In this document: piece by piece, positions 36,711-48,944 of the stretch
Numbering within the stretch: the stretch's first letter is position 1
How the letters are laid out: every line of letters begins with the position of its first letter
Assembly: GCF_018977255.1 (NCBI RefSeq)
Contig: NW_024704743.1
Coordinates: 496,001 to 560,000, forward strand
Length of the DNA: 64,000 bases
Direction of reading: 5' to 3'
Source: Callorhinchus milii
Lineage: Eukaryota
Notes under the pieces: model-generated
What the model was told of the DNA's origin: nothing
The model's input: the letters and a program-made list of their open reading frames with translations, nothing else
Database searches by the model: none
Program-made: the position numbers and the translations under genes

Positions 36711-36784
36711 GGTGAGATTCATTACAGTGTTTTGTTAACTGGATGTGCTTCAGAAAGGACAAGGAGGATCCAAAAAAGTTTACG

Positions 36785-37140
36785 TGGAGTCCTGTAGTTT
36801 AGTGGTTAGAGCACTCGCCTCGCAAGTGAGAGGACCTGGGTTCGATTCCCCAGGCAAAGGAAAACATTGTGCAAGTTTCCTTGCTCCACGCGCCTCTGTT
36901 TACCTAGGAACCAGGTTGTTAGTGGATTGGCAGATTGTTTTTCCGGGGGTAATAATCCCTTCGGAAAAAAAAAACAACAAAAATTGTTGGTCGCTCAATC
37001 CAAGATTGTTCGTGGGGCATCGCTACGTACAATTGGCTGCGGCTTTTCGCAGTTGATTAATTTTACAGTATATTTTGTGAAGCGCTTTGGGACATCTCAA
37101 TGACGTGATAAGGCGCAATATCAAATGCAAGGATTATTAT
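36785..37140 (+). mobile_element. tRNA-SINE, full length
   Basis: tggagtcctgtagtttagtggttagagcactcgcctcgcaag ... aatgcaaggattattat. Confidence 0.95.
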
Positions 37141-37569
37141 AATAAGTTTAATATTGAAGCACAATTCTTCCTAGAATTCTTAAATCGCTCTTTATTCACA
37201 TAAGCGGACTGAGATTCCCCGTAATCTAGATCTGTGCCCTTGCTTGGGAGACTCAACCCACCTTATTGGCAAATGGTCCAACAAACTTAACCCCTTTCCC
37301 CTTTGATATTAATATAAACAAAGCGTTGGTGTTCAATCTCTTTTTTAGAATAATTTATGATCCCTTCTCCGACTGCAGTCTGTGGTGAGGAATTTCACAT
37401 TCCAGCTACACCCTGTGTAAAGATTTTTTTTTCTCTCTCTCTAACCTCCCCATTACTTCTATTCATGATTATCTTCGACTTGCGTTCGAGGGCGGAGGTG
37501 CCAAGAAAATCAATCACCTATTCGAGTGCTTAAACTTGGAGCGAATGTCAACCACCGGAGCCCTTACCA

Positions 37570-37815
37570 GTGGGAGCACGGCTGTTTGGTTTCCCTCGGT
37601 GTTGCTGGGCTAGGGAGGGGGAAAAATCTGCCGAAAGGTAATCATTTGTAATTGCTGCTGTGTGAACGAACTGTGTTGGAAATGGCCTGCATCTGGGCGT
37701 TGGTTGAAGGCAGGCTCAGGCTTGGCTGTGATATTCCTCACAGTTGAATAACTTGCCAACACTCACTGTTTAGTGTCATGCAGGAAGAATGGTAATTTAA
37801 GCGAGGTGAGTGGCT
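37570..37815 (+). mobile_element. AmnSINE2-like relic
   Basis: ctgggctagggagggggaaaaatc...ggcttggctgtgat...gttgaataacttgccaacactcactgt...gaagaatgg. Confidence 0.65.
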
Positions 37816-38024
37816 CCCAGAGTTTCCCCCCCACCATGTACCCTCTACCCCCACCCTACCCCCAGGTGGGGATGAGGAGACAGAATATCTACAAAGAATT
37901 ATTGTTGGTCTTAGGGTTTCGCACCCCAGCCCACCCCCAAAGGCGGTGTTAAGCGCTTTTGGGATGTCCTTTTGACCTGAAAGGTGCTAGATAAACGTCA
38001 ATTAGTTTTGTAATTGGATCGTCA

Positions 38025-38460
38025 GTGGCAGATTGCTTTTCCGGGGATAATAAAAGCTTTTTTTTAATAAAATAATAATTTGGTCACTTAATCCACGACT
38101 GTCTGTAGGACGCTGCTGTGCACAATTGGCTGCTACGTTTCACCCACAAAATATACAGTCAATTGAAGTCGAGTGAAGCGCTGTGAGACGTCGCGACGAC
38201 GTGGTTAGGGACTATATCAAATGGAAGTATTATTATTTTACTTCTTTCTGGCCTGTGCCGTGTCGAAATATTTAAATTTCCGAAGGTTGAGGGGTGAAGC
38301 TGAATTAAGATGGGCGGATACAGTTGTTAATTGAGGCAGTCCGGTCATATCTCTGAAAATTTGCTTGAGTGTCAATAATAATAATAACACCTCATCACAT
38401 CGTTAAGACGTCTCAAAGCGCTTCACAGAATATACTGTAAAGTGGATTGACTGTGCATTT
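38025..38460. mobile_element. tRNA-SINE fragments (+ 38025-38238, - 38375-38460)
   Basis: Family body and tails in opposite orientations. Confidence 0.85.
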
Positions 38461-38984
38461 TTAGTATAAAACCTAGGATACATAATTGATATATAGCGCC
38501 TTGGGACTTCAGGTGTCATGGCTGGATAAAACTTGCTCAAGCAAGCTTTTGTTTCATTAGTGCCGTAATGTCACTGTACATGACCAGTAAAAGTGCAGGA
38601 CTCACAGGATACAGCGCCTGACTTGTTTTTACTCTCCAGTCGGGAGAGGCAGTGTGACATGAGGGGAGCCATAAGGGTATCCAGCTGGCTGCTTGATTTT
38701 ATCACTGTACAAAGTAGACTCTCTCCTCTCAAGGAATTTTCATGCAGCGCTTTATTGGAATACTTTGAAAGGAAGAACGTAACGCCTTATTATCACATCG
38801 AACATCTCAAAGCACTTTCCAGCTACAGCTTAAGTTCTGCCATCTTTTAAGACAAACGCAGCAGTGGTTTTGCTCAGAGTATCGATCCACAACCAGCAAT
38901 GAGATAAATGAGCCATTAGATGGGAGGATTCTTGGTTAGAACACCTTATCTTATCCATAGGACTGTACCTCTGTCAATGTACCC

Positions 38985-39320
38985 AGTGGGTGGAATTCAA
39001 AATCCACTCCTTCAAGGCCCTCTACGGCCTTACCCCTTTCTACCTCTGTGACCTGCAAAACCTATCTATCAACCTGTCCGCTCCCTCCACTCAGCAGGCT
39101 CCAGCCTGCTCCACAATCCCCATCTGGCCTACTCCACCATTGGTGGTCAAGCCTTCAGCCTCTCAAGACCCTCCTCTTAGGCCACCCTCCTATCCCTGCC
39201 CTCGAACCTCCCCCGATCCCAAACCCCAGCTTGGTTCCAAATCCCTGACTTGCCGAGTGCCTCGGGACATGCCCCTGATGTGAAAGGCCCTATTACAAGT
39301 AATTGGTGGTGGTGGTTGTA
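38985..39320 (+). mobile_element. L2 LINE 3' end
   Basis: EFKIHSFKALYGLTPFYLCDL; UTR ccccagcttggttccaaatccctgact. Confidence 0.85.
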
Positions 39321-40129
39321 TTGTAGTGTAGTGACAGGTTAGAATATGTGCTTAAGTAATGCCAAGGCCTCTACAGCCATCCCAACCAAGCCTTGCAGTC
39401 TCCTGCAAGCCTAACACCTCTGCTCACTCGCCTGACGATTCCGACCATTTTTGGGTGAATTTCTGCCATTATATGCTGCTTTCGGGAACTCCATTGACCA
39501 TTTTTGGTCACTTCCTCCCCATCCCCTCCCCCCTTCTGTTTCAGAGATGAATACACCTTGTTTGTATTAATCATCTTCTGTCTCTTGCTTTCTTTGCATT
39601 CTCTTTGAATTAAATGTTCCGCCCCCAAAATATACTTTCAATTCACTTTACAGTATATTCCGTGGAGCGCTTTGAGACTCGACAGAATAATGCACGGATT
39701 ATTATTATTATTATTCAAAGTTTTTTTACTGCCTTTGGGATTCAAAAGTCCATTGATACATCAAACGGTTCAGTATGTCCTCCCCACGTGAATGGATTAT
39801 TTTTATTATTCTGACCAAACGGAGAAAATTGAAAGTTGTACTGGTGATTAGCTGTATCAGTCGGGCGGTTTGACACACTGCAGAGGCACAGGGAGGGATC
39901 CATTTCCTTTCCCGGCATGGTAATAGGATCCAGTTGAATTCCTCCAGACCATTAAAACCCTGGTTGTTTCCTGAGTGCTTTCAACTTCAGTGGACATTGT
40001 ACGTTGAGGCTATGAAAGGAATGTGCAGTATTTCAGTACCTTCATGTTGTGCAAGTCGCTGAGGTTCATATTTAAAAGGGGAAAATATGAAAGGAATTTT
40101 TTTTGTGCCTGCCCATCCCATCTGCTCAG

Positions 40130-40172
40130 GTAAAGGATAACTGAGGGTCTTTTTGAAGTAGACAGAAGTCGG
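40130..40172 (+). other. Candidate recursive splice site and 43 nt RS-exon
   Basis: Pyrimidine tract plus CAG|GTAAAG, second donor CGG|gtaaga, stops in all three frames. Confidence 0.35.
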
Positions 40173-40264
40173 GTAAGATCTCGTGCTCTGTGTAATCCCT
40201 TTTAGCCTAATTGCTGCCTCTTTCAAAAATAATAAAAATGCCATTGATTCAGCCTCTCTCGGAG

Positions 40265-40445
40265 AGAGCAGCGTCCCCACAAACTGGATTTTTCAAAGGG
40301 ATTATTACACCCAGAAAAACAATCCGTCCATCGACTAACAAGCGAGTTCCTACTTACTGCGAGGTAAACAGAGGCATGTGGAATAAGGAAACTTGCCTAA
40401 GGTTTCGCCCCGCCTGGGAATCGAACCCGGGTCCTCCAGCTTGCG
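40265..40445 (-). mobile_element. tRNA-SINE fragment (5' half)
   Basis: gttcctacttactgc...aaggaaacttgcctaaggtttcgccc...gaatcgaacccgggtcctc. Confidence 0.9.
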
Positions 40446-41009
40446 ACCTGACTTTACTGCAGCATGTGAGCTCTAATGTGGACAAGGAGACGTGCGAATA
40501 GGCAGCGTAAAGCACTGTAAAGCTCTAAATCATGAGCAGATTGTCAATGACATACTCCACCCTGAGGTGAGAGAACAGGCTTTAGCTCACTCCAGGCAGT
40601 CTTGTATTTTAAAACAACATGGAATATGAAGCTAGTGGAGGCAAGTCTTGGATGTCCGCCAGTTATTTTCCCGCTGCCGAGAGGGGCACCAGTCAGGGAG
40701 TTGCTGAGAGTCGCTGCCCCTGCCAGGTCCATGAAGAGATCTAAAAGGGGCGGTGAAGTCAAGGCAGGAATAATTGGCCCGAAAAAATGCTGTTGGACCA
40801 CAAAGTGATTGAAGTGCAGATAGAAGGCGTCAGGAGTCTCTCTGAGTGCACAACATCTGCACAACAGCTGGCTCGCTCCACATTTTATTACATTTAATAT
40901 CGCAGGCAATTTTATTGAGGATTATAGAATAGACCTTTTGTTGGGGGAGTGGGGGGGGGGAGGAAAAACCCCTCTCTTTTGGAAATGTTTTCAGACTAAT
41001 TTAGGAGTT

Positions 41010-41460
41010 GGTTAAAGTACTCGCCTCGCAAAGGAGAGGAACCAGGTAGGGCAAAACCTTACTCCACACGCCTCTGTTTACCTAGCAGTAACCCGGCTGT
41101 TAGTTGAATGGTGGATCGCTTTCTGGGGGTAATAAAAATATATTTTTTAAATTATTTGGCCACTCAGTCCACAACTGATTGTGGGGACGCTGCTGTGCGC
41201 CCACAAAATATGCAGTCGATTCACCATCACAGGATATGGTTTGAGACGTCTCGCAGATAAGGCACTATATAATAATAATAATAATCCTTGCATTTGATAT
41301 AGCGCTTTTCACATCTTCTAGACGCCCCAAAGCGCTTCACAGAATATACTGTAAAGTGAATTGACTGTATATTTGTGGGCGAACGCGGCAGCCGATTGCG
41401 CACAGAAATGTTCCCACAAACAGTGGTGGATTAAAAATGACCAATTTATTATTTTTTTAT
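41010..41460. mobile_element. Tail-to-tail tRNA-SINE pair (+ 41010-41270, - 41271-41460)
   Basis: ggcactatat|aataataataataatccttgcatttg junction. Confidence 0.9.
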
Positions 41461-41740
41461 CAAATGCAAGCGTTATGATTATTATTATTCTCTCGCAAAG
41501 TGTGTTGGTGCAGCTAATGAAAACAAGAAGTGTATGTCGAAATAAAGATTTGAAAGCCGTTAACAAGTGTGGCGAAACGTGTGTGTGTGTGGTTTCCGTT
41601 CAGGACATCTGATCGAGCTTATCTTTGAAGAATGCTGTCAGTTCTTTACTTTCCATTGCAATTTTTAGCATCAATCTTAAAATGTACCATTGAGTCCGTG
41701 TTGTGAACTTTTAACTTCATCAGTTTAATCTTAGTCATTG

Positions 41741-42121
41741 TGGCGTCGTGTAGCTCATCGGTGAGAGCGCCCGCCTCGCAAGCAAGAGACCTGGGTTCTA
41801 TTCCCCGCAGGGCAAAATCTTGGGAAAGTTTCCTTACTCCGCACGCCTCTGTTTAGCCAGCAGTAAGTAGGACCCCGTTTGTTATTCGATTGGCGGATTG
41901 GTTTTTTGGGGGATAATAATCCCCCCCCCAAAAAAAAAAAAATAATTCGCTCACTCAACCCACGGCTGTTTGTGGGGACGCTGCTGTGAGCAATCGATTG
42001 CCGCGTTTCGCCCACAAAATATACAGTCAATTTACTTTACAGTCTATTCTGTGAAGCCCTTTGAGATGTCGAAGACGTAATAAGGCGCTGTATCAAATGC
42101 AAGGATTATTATTATTATTAT
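41741..42121 (+). mobile_element. tRNA-SINE, full length
   Basis: Head through to ...atcaaatgcaaggattattattattatta. Confidence 0.95.
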
Positions 42122-42419
42122 GATTGATAACCCGTAGGTTGGTTACCTGTTTGCTGACCTTTGGAAATGCCTCCCTTATCTAGGATCTAGATGGTTTTAC
42201 ATTTCACTTAACCTCTCGTGGTCACTGCGTGCTTCCTCTCATTGTGGTGAATGGTTTTTTCACCATGTCTAATATCCAGTGACTTGGGACATCCCCATGA
42301 CATGAAAGGTGCTGTATGGAGGTTCAAAGCGCTTCACGGAGTATACCGTAAAGTGGATTGACCTCTCGCTAACCACTAGGCTATAGGACTCCTTTTAAAA
42401 ATTCCCCTAGAAAGAGTCC

Positions 42420-42589
42420 AAATTACTGGAATTAGATAAAGAGGGTGCGTCTCTCTGGGGGGTGGGGGGGGGAGAGTGCGCATTTCATTCCAGATATGGG
42501 AATTTTCATGGTATGGAACTCTGTCTAGTTTGGATACTCTTAAGCACGTTGATAGACATTTTCGCATGTGTCACACACCCTACTGACCA
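42420..42589 (+). mobile_element. Unclassified repeat family X, end fragment
   Basis: ggagagtgcgcatttcattcc...cgcatgtgtcacacaccctactgacc. Confidence 0.7.
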
Positions 42590-42655
42590 TATTGAGGTAG
42601 TTTCAGAACTCCAGTACTGTTATCATTTCTCTCAGCTACATGTCATGACGTAACG

Positions 42656-42952
42656 TGGCGTCCTGTAGCTCAGTGGTTACAGCCTTCGCCTCGTAAGCGA
42701 GAGACTTGGGTTTGATTCCCGGGCAGGGGGCGAAACCTTGGGCAAGTTTCCTTACTCCACACGCCTCTGTTTACCCAGCAGTAAGTAGGAACCCGGTTGT
42801 TAGTCGATTGACGGATCGCTTTCTGGGGGTAATAACCCCTCAAAACAAAAAAAGTTGGTCACTCAATCCACGACCGTTGTGGGACGCTGCTGTGCGCACC
42901 TGACTGCCACGTTCCGCCCACAAAATACACAGTTGAAGCACTTTACAGTATA
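42656..42952 (+). mobile_element. tRNA-SINE, 3'-truncated
   Basis: tggcgtcctgtagctcagtggtt...ttgggcaagtttccttactccacacgcctctgtttacc. Confidence 0.95.
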
Positions 42953-43489
42953 CATAATCTCTGTTCAGTCCTTAGCCATGTACACTGGGGTCGGGGGGGG
43001 CGGGGGGGGAAGGCTAGCAACAAGAACGCATGGAAAGTAAACAGGATTTTGAAAGGGTCTGTATGCTGATTCCATCCAGATCGGACCTTGTTGTTTGTCC
43101 ATCACCGCAGTGTGTGGCAAAGCAATGTTCCACGCAGCAGCTTCCAGCTGTCACTCCACACAAAATCAAAACGGCACTTCTGCCCGTCAGTGTGTAAGGC
43201 CACCACTCATCTGTTTATCAAGCAGTTATTCCCTCACAAAGGCACCGCTGGTTAAATTCATTTTTTAACCGCTCCGCAGGTGGTCTAAAACTCCATTCGA
43301 TTCCCGTTGTTACCCTGGCTGACGGCACCTACTCCCATTCGCGTTGTATTTGAAGCAGCTCAGGTACCCATGAAATGAGGCAGTTTATTCGCTCGTGCTG
43401 AAACCCCCAGAAAAGGCTGAATGTGATATTGTTTAAAAAAAATTGTTTAAAAAAAAATGGCTGTCTCTGGCCTCCTGCTTGCCCCTCGT

Positions 43490-43725
43490 CCCCTCGCCTC
43501 CGCCGTCAGCGTCCATGTTTTCATTTCAGCCACTGCGCCCTGAAGTTTCGGAACTCTCTCCCCGAGTGCCACTGCCTTTCCCTCTGCTTCCCCTCTTTTA
43601 GAGCTGGACCTTCCTCTTCGACCGTGCTGACGGTCACCCCCTCCCCTGCCCCACCACCCCCGGCTCGAGACCCTGCCCCGTGTGACGGGCGCTGTGTATT
43701 TACGCAGTTGATGTCTGCTGTTGTT
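43490..43725 (+). mobile_element. L2 LINE 3' end, decayed
   Basis: FSHCALKFRNSLP; tail gggcgctgtgtatttacgcagttgatgtctgctgttgttg. Confidence 0.7.
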
Positions 43726-44454
43726 GTGATGGCAAAAATCTTCAATCCAGTTTCTTCCGGTCTTGTGTCCCTGAAATTCGAGTCCAGAAGTCTATGCTCC
43801 GTAGGGCAGCCGTGCAAACATTGTGCATTTCCTTGTCACGAGTGTTTAGAGATTGACGGGGAATTAACCAATGCAGGAACATCTACTCATTAAAACCTTT
43901 TCCTTTTTTCAAAACCTTTTTTGAAGGCTTTTTTTCCCCCACCCCGTTACGCCTCGCATTGTATCGCTTATTTCCCTCCCAGGGCTCCTTCCTTCCCCAA
44001 ACGTTTCCTCCGACTCTCAGCGCCTCACATCCATGTCAACGTCAACTCAATTCAGAGCCTATTTAAATCGTCTGATGTCATGAAATGGGATGCAAGCTGT
44101 GTTCTGGACATCTGTTCGCTTGCAGGAGATCTGCAGAGAAGAGGGATGGGGGAGGGAGAGCAGCCTTCCCTCATGAAGCTGCTTGTATGTATTGCTTTGG
44201 ATAGATCCTTCCACGTTTTCAAGATAAATCAGTTTCATTTGGATCTATTTTAATGGCTCAAATGGGCGTATTTCATCGGCGGGGGACAGTCGATTCACAG
44301 TGAGGTCCAGGTGGTGCTGGAAGATAGCAATCTGTGCAAACTGTGTCTGACACGGAGAAAATCATTGAACGTTGCATCACAGACGCAAGCCGTTTGGCTC
44401 ATCTTGCCAGCATTTTCCATCCTTTCCCAAAGACTTACCGTGGAACTCAACAAC

Positions 44455-44575
44455 CACAATAACAAAACACATTTCCCCAGCGCACTTCACGTCAGGAGGA
44501 TTTCGGACAGTCAGGGATTTGGCCCCGAGCCGGAGGATGGGATCGATGGGGGTACGGGTAGGAGGGTGGCCGAAA
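44455..44575 (-). mobile_element. L2 LINE 3' tail
   Basis: ttcacgtcaggagga...ggacagtcagggatttggccccgagc. Confidence 0.8.
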
Positions 44576-45000
44576 AGGAGGGTTGCTTATTATTGTTAGG
44601 AAATGCGAGGATTATTATTAAGCTTAAAATATTTCAGCCGAGCTCTTGCCTAGCACAACTAGATTTCTTTCATCCCGGAGCCAACATTTGAGTCCAGCTT
44701 CACGGGGTAATGATTGAGTTACCTTTGTATCCTGTTTTTAGCTGCACTTTCTAACGCTGATCTACACAATCGGGAGAGCACCAACGGAACAGAGATTTCT
44801 TTGGTCCCTTCGTTTGTGTGTGGGAGGCAGAAAGCAGTAGTTCCATTTGTCGGCCAAGATTTAGCAACAGATGGAAAAATGTGAGGATTCATCATGATGG
44901 CTTTTATAAAACTGTGACGTTTTTCTCTTCGTGTGATGCAACCCATTTATGTCATGGGCTAAAAATACTCAAACTGCAAAACAAATTGAGGAGTAACTCA

Positions 45001-45379
45001 ATAATAATAATAATCAGAATAATACGATTCATTTGATTATAGGACCTCATCACGTCTCAATGCACTTCATGGAATATACCGTAAAGTGAATTGACTGAAT
45101 ATTTCTGGAGGCAAAACACAGCAGCCAATTGTGCACAGCCGTGACCTACACATAGTTGTAAATTTTAGTGACCAAATCTTTTTTTTTTTTTTGAAGGGTT
45201 TATTACCCTGGGAAAGTGATCTGCCAATGGATTAACAACCGGTTTTGACTTACTGCAAGGTAAACTGAGGCGTGTGGAGTAAGGAAATTTGCTAAAGGTT
45301 TAGCCCTTCCATGGAATCGAACCCGGTTCCTCGCTCCTTTGCGAGGCGAGCATGCTAACCTCTCGGCGACAGGACTCCA
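45001..45379 (-). mobile_element. tRNA-SINE, full length
   Basis: (aat)n through to ...gacaggactcca. Confidence 0.95.
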
Positions 45380-45934
45380 TCACTCTCTCCTGAATAGTCT
45401 CCCTTGAATAATTAAATAAATGGTCCTTTGCGTGCAAGGGTCATTGAGTACGTGATTGGTTTTATTGCAACAAGTGGTAAAACCTGTTTGTCACACATTT
45501 GCGGTCACAATGACATGAAAATATCTTTCGATTTCTGGGGCGCTGGTTTACTTTAATGAAATGAAAATCTTGGAAGGATTATAATTATTTTTCAATCCTA
45601 TCCGGTGGGGGGGGAAGGGGGATTAAGCTTAAATCCTTTATTTACAGCGAAGGACAATAACTTGGCTGGGACAGCAGAAATAAGGGGTTTACCAATTCTT
45701 GTGCGCTAAGTAACTAAGGAACTGAACAAATATTACCTCTCTCTGCATGAGTGTGTTTGACAGTGTTTGAGCTCTGCAGGCAAGTTGCTACTGGCCATTT
45801 GTCACTTCCTATCATTCATGACACCGAGGTGTCAAAAGTGGGATTCAAAACGGTATTGAATACAGCGAATTTAATAGGTTCTTTTTCCTCCCCGTGCGCA
45901 CTAAAAACGCTGGTTGGCCATAGCATATCAGCTT

Positions 45935-46285
45935 GAGCACTCGCCTCGCGAGCGAGAGGGCCCAGGTTTGATTCCCGGGCGGGGCGAAACCTAACGTAAG
46001 GTTCCTTACTCCACACGCCTCTCTGTTTACCAAGCAGCAAGTAAGAACCTGGTTGTCAGTCGATTGGTGGATCGTTTTCCGGGGGTAATGATCCCTCAGG
46101 AAAAAAAATAATAATAATAATTTAGCCACTCAATCCACGACTATTTGAGGGACGCAGCCGTGCTCAATTGGCTGCAGCATTTCGCCCACAAAATACACAG
46201 TATTTTCAGTATATTCTGTGAAGCGCTTTGAGATATCTCAGCGACGTGAAAAAGCGCGATATCAAATGCAAGTATTATTATTAAT
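45935..46285 (+). mobile_element. tRNA-SINE, near full length
   Basis: gagcactcgcctcgcgagcgagagg ... atcaaatgcaagtattattatt. Confidence 0.95.
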
Positions 46286-46609
46286 ATAATGAAATAATCG
46301 AGTGCTTGGTCTGGACTGCCAGCCTCAACTGCGAGCTCACTAGAGTGCCAACGAGGGCCTTGAAAGCACAATGTTCTGACCCAGAGGCGAAAGCGTTACC
46401 CACCGAGCCAAGCTGACACCACAATGAACAATCGTGATGCTCTACGCCAATTTGAAGTGGTCATTCCAAACCTCAAAAGAGACTCGGAAACTTGAGAGCT
46501 GCCTGGAATGTGTGCTGTCAGCCACAGTGTTCAGTTCCCATAGCACCATCCCTTGTTTCCTTTTCCTTTGCAAATTCACATTAGCAATGGAATCATTTTC
46601 TATTTTTGG

Positions 46610-46710
46610 CACCCACCCACTCCCAAGGCCAATCAGAATGTGCGCGCGATTCCTCTCCTCTCCGCCAATGCCGTGCCTGGAGTACATTTCAACTTGAGGC
46701 CCAATAGTAT
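46610..46710 (+). promoter_or_regulatory. Triple CCAAT cluster
   Basis: CCAAT at 46629, 46665 and 46701 (36 bp spacing), with a CACCC box and gcgcgcg. Confidence 0.35.
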
Positions 46711-47128
46711 GGCCGCTTATTGAATGTTTGAGGACAAATATTTCAAAGATCCGGGAGAGGAGAAGGGAATGGGGTTAGACCAGATACCTCCAGTGGGTTT
46801 GGTTATTCAATGACTGTAAACCTGTACATTTTCTATACTTTGTGGTCAGCCGGATGGTTGACTCAAAACGCACTCACTCACTCACTCACTCACGCACGCA
46901 CGCACGCACGCAAGCCAAATACCATGCTTTATTATCCAAACCAAAGTTTTGAGGCTTCCACATCTTTATGCCAATCAATGTACAATGTCTGATACATAGT
47001 GCATGTTCTCTCACACTCCACTTGCCAAATCCAAGAGTTTAGGTTCAACTTGCCAAGAACTTAGGGATCCCACAGTGTGCCTTGGGTCCTGCTGGAGCTC
47101 AACCAGCTAAAACCGCTAAGCTTACTCG

Positions 47129-47526
47129 TGGAGTCCCGTAGCTTCGTGGTTCGAGCACTCCGCTCGCAAGCGAGAGGACCTGGGTTTGATTCGCAGGTGG
47201 GGCAAAACATTGGGCACCACATGCCTCTGCTCACCTCGCAGTAAGCATGAACCTGGTTGTTAGTCGATTGGCTGATCGCTTCTCCGGGGGTAATAATCCT
47301 TCCTAAATAAATAAAATAAGAATAAATTAGTCACTCAGTCCACTACTGTTTGTGGGACGCTGCTGCGCACGATTGGCTGCCGTGTTTCTCCCAGAAAATA
47401 AAGACAATTCACTTTACAGTATATTTACAGTGCAGCGTTTTGAGACGTCTCAGTGACATGATACGGCGCTATATCCATTGCAAGGATTATTATAGTATTT
47501 ATATCAAATGCAAGGATTAGTATTAT
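47129..47526 (+). mobile_element. tRNA-SINE, full length with duplicated tail
   Basis: tggagtcccgtagc... and two tgcaaggatt tail copies; preceded by a family X fragment at 47045-47125. Confidence 0.95.
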
Positions 47527-48269
47527 TGCTCACAGTAACAACAGAGTTTGAGGATCAACCTTTTATGTGAATATTTGTGCCCCTGGAATCAAACCCAGGT
47601 CCTGTTGTTTGCGAGGTGAGTGCTCTAACCAATACGGTACAGAACTCCACGAGTGCCTTTCATGTAGGATGAACATCTCAAAGTGGTTTGCAGAGTCAAT
47701 AGGGAGCACGGAGGGAGAGCTAGGAGGATTCAAGGATGGTAATCAAACGTACATTAAAGAGTACGTTTTCTTCAAGTTGAAAGATCTGAAGTTCTATTTT
47801 ATGTGGATGTGGTGGCATGTGAGGCTGGATATGAGAGATGTCTACCCTGGGAAATGAAGTTCTTTACCCAGTTGTCGGTCAGCATCAAGCATCACTCGAG
47901 ATTGCTGTCTTTGAGGCTTGTATTTAAGCATCAGTTCAATGGGCCGTCGCTCACGAGGAATTGACTTGAGGATTCCTAAATTCCTTTCATGTTGGACGCA
48001 GCAGAGAGAGCACATTTCATCCCCGTCAGCAGAGATAGCGATGACTTTATCCTATCTTTCTGAGCAGGTTTTTACCTTTAATGATAACAAAATAATAATA
48101 ACCCTTGCGTTGGATGTAGCATTATCGCACCATCGAGACTGCTCAAAGTGCGTTATGTGGTATACAGTAAAGTGGTGTGACTGCGTATTTTGTGTTACTT
48201 TTCCTCTACCTGCATGTCTCTCCTGCCCCCTCCCTCCCTCCCTCCCCACTCCATCATCAACCACCACTC

Positions 48270-48467
48270 CCCAAAACCCTGGAACACGCTTCCTCCATCC
48301 CTCCGCCTTGCCCCTTTCCTTCCCCAAATCAGATCGCGCCTGAAGACCTTTCTCTTCGACCGCGCGTACGGTCACCTCCCGCCCGGCTCGGTGTCCTGCT
48401 CCGCCACTATCAAGCGCTCTGGGACGCTACCCTGCATGAGGGGCGCCGTGTAAATTCTTGTTGTTGT
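48270..48467 (+). mobile_element. L2 LINE 3' end
   Basis: PKPWNTLPPSLRLAPFLPQIRSRLKTFLFDRAY plus tail. Confidence 0.9.
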
Positions 48468-48944
48468 ACCCTTCCTTTTCGAGGTCTGGGGATCGAGTGC
48501 TAATACACTACCAGTATCTCCTGGCGTCCTGGCCAACAATCCCCCAGATAAGAAGAAAGTTGTTTGCTCACTCCACGGCTGTCTATGGGACATTGATAGA
48601 TACAAACTGGCTGCCACATTCGCCAACACAAAATACACACAGTCGCACCGCTTTACATCATGAAGCGCTTTGAGACGTCTCAAGGCGCTATATCGAATGC
48701 AAGGATTATTGTATTGTTATTATCCAGGAACTGACCATTTTGCACATGTTCTGTACAAGCTATTTCTATTTCAAACAGGATCTTACATAGGACGCTAAAT
48801 GGGATTGAAAAAATAATGATACTAATAACCTTTCCATTGATACAGCCTCTTATTGCACCGTTGAGACGTCTCAAAGCGCTTCACAGCATATAATGTAAAG
48901 TGAATTAACTGCTATTTGTGGGCGAAACTCAGAACAGGTGTAGT

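Noticed and set aside
42593..42601. tgaggtagt let-7 seed
   Set aside because: The rest of let-7 and the hairpin are absent.
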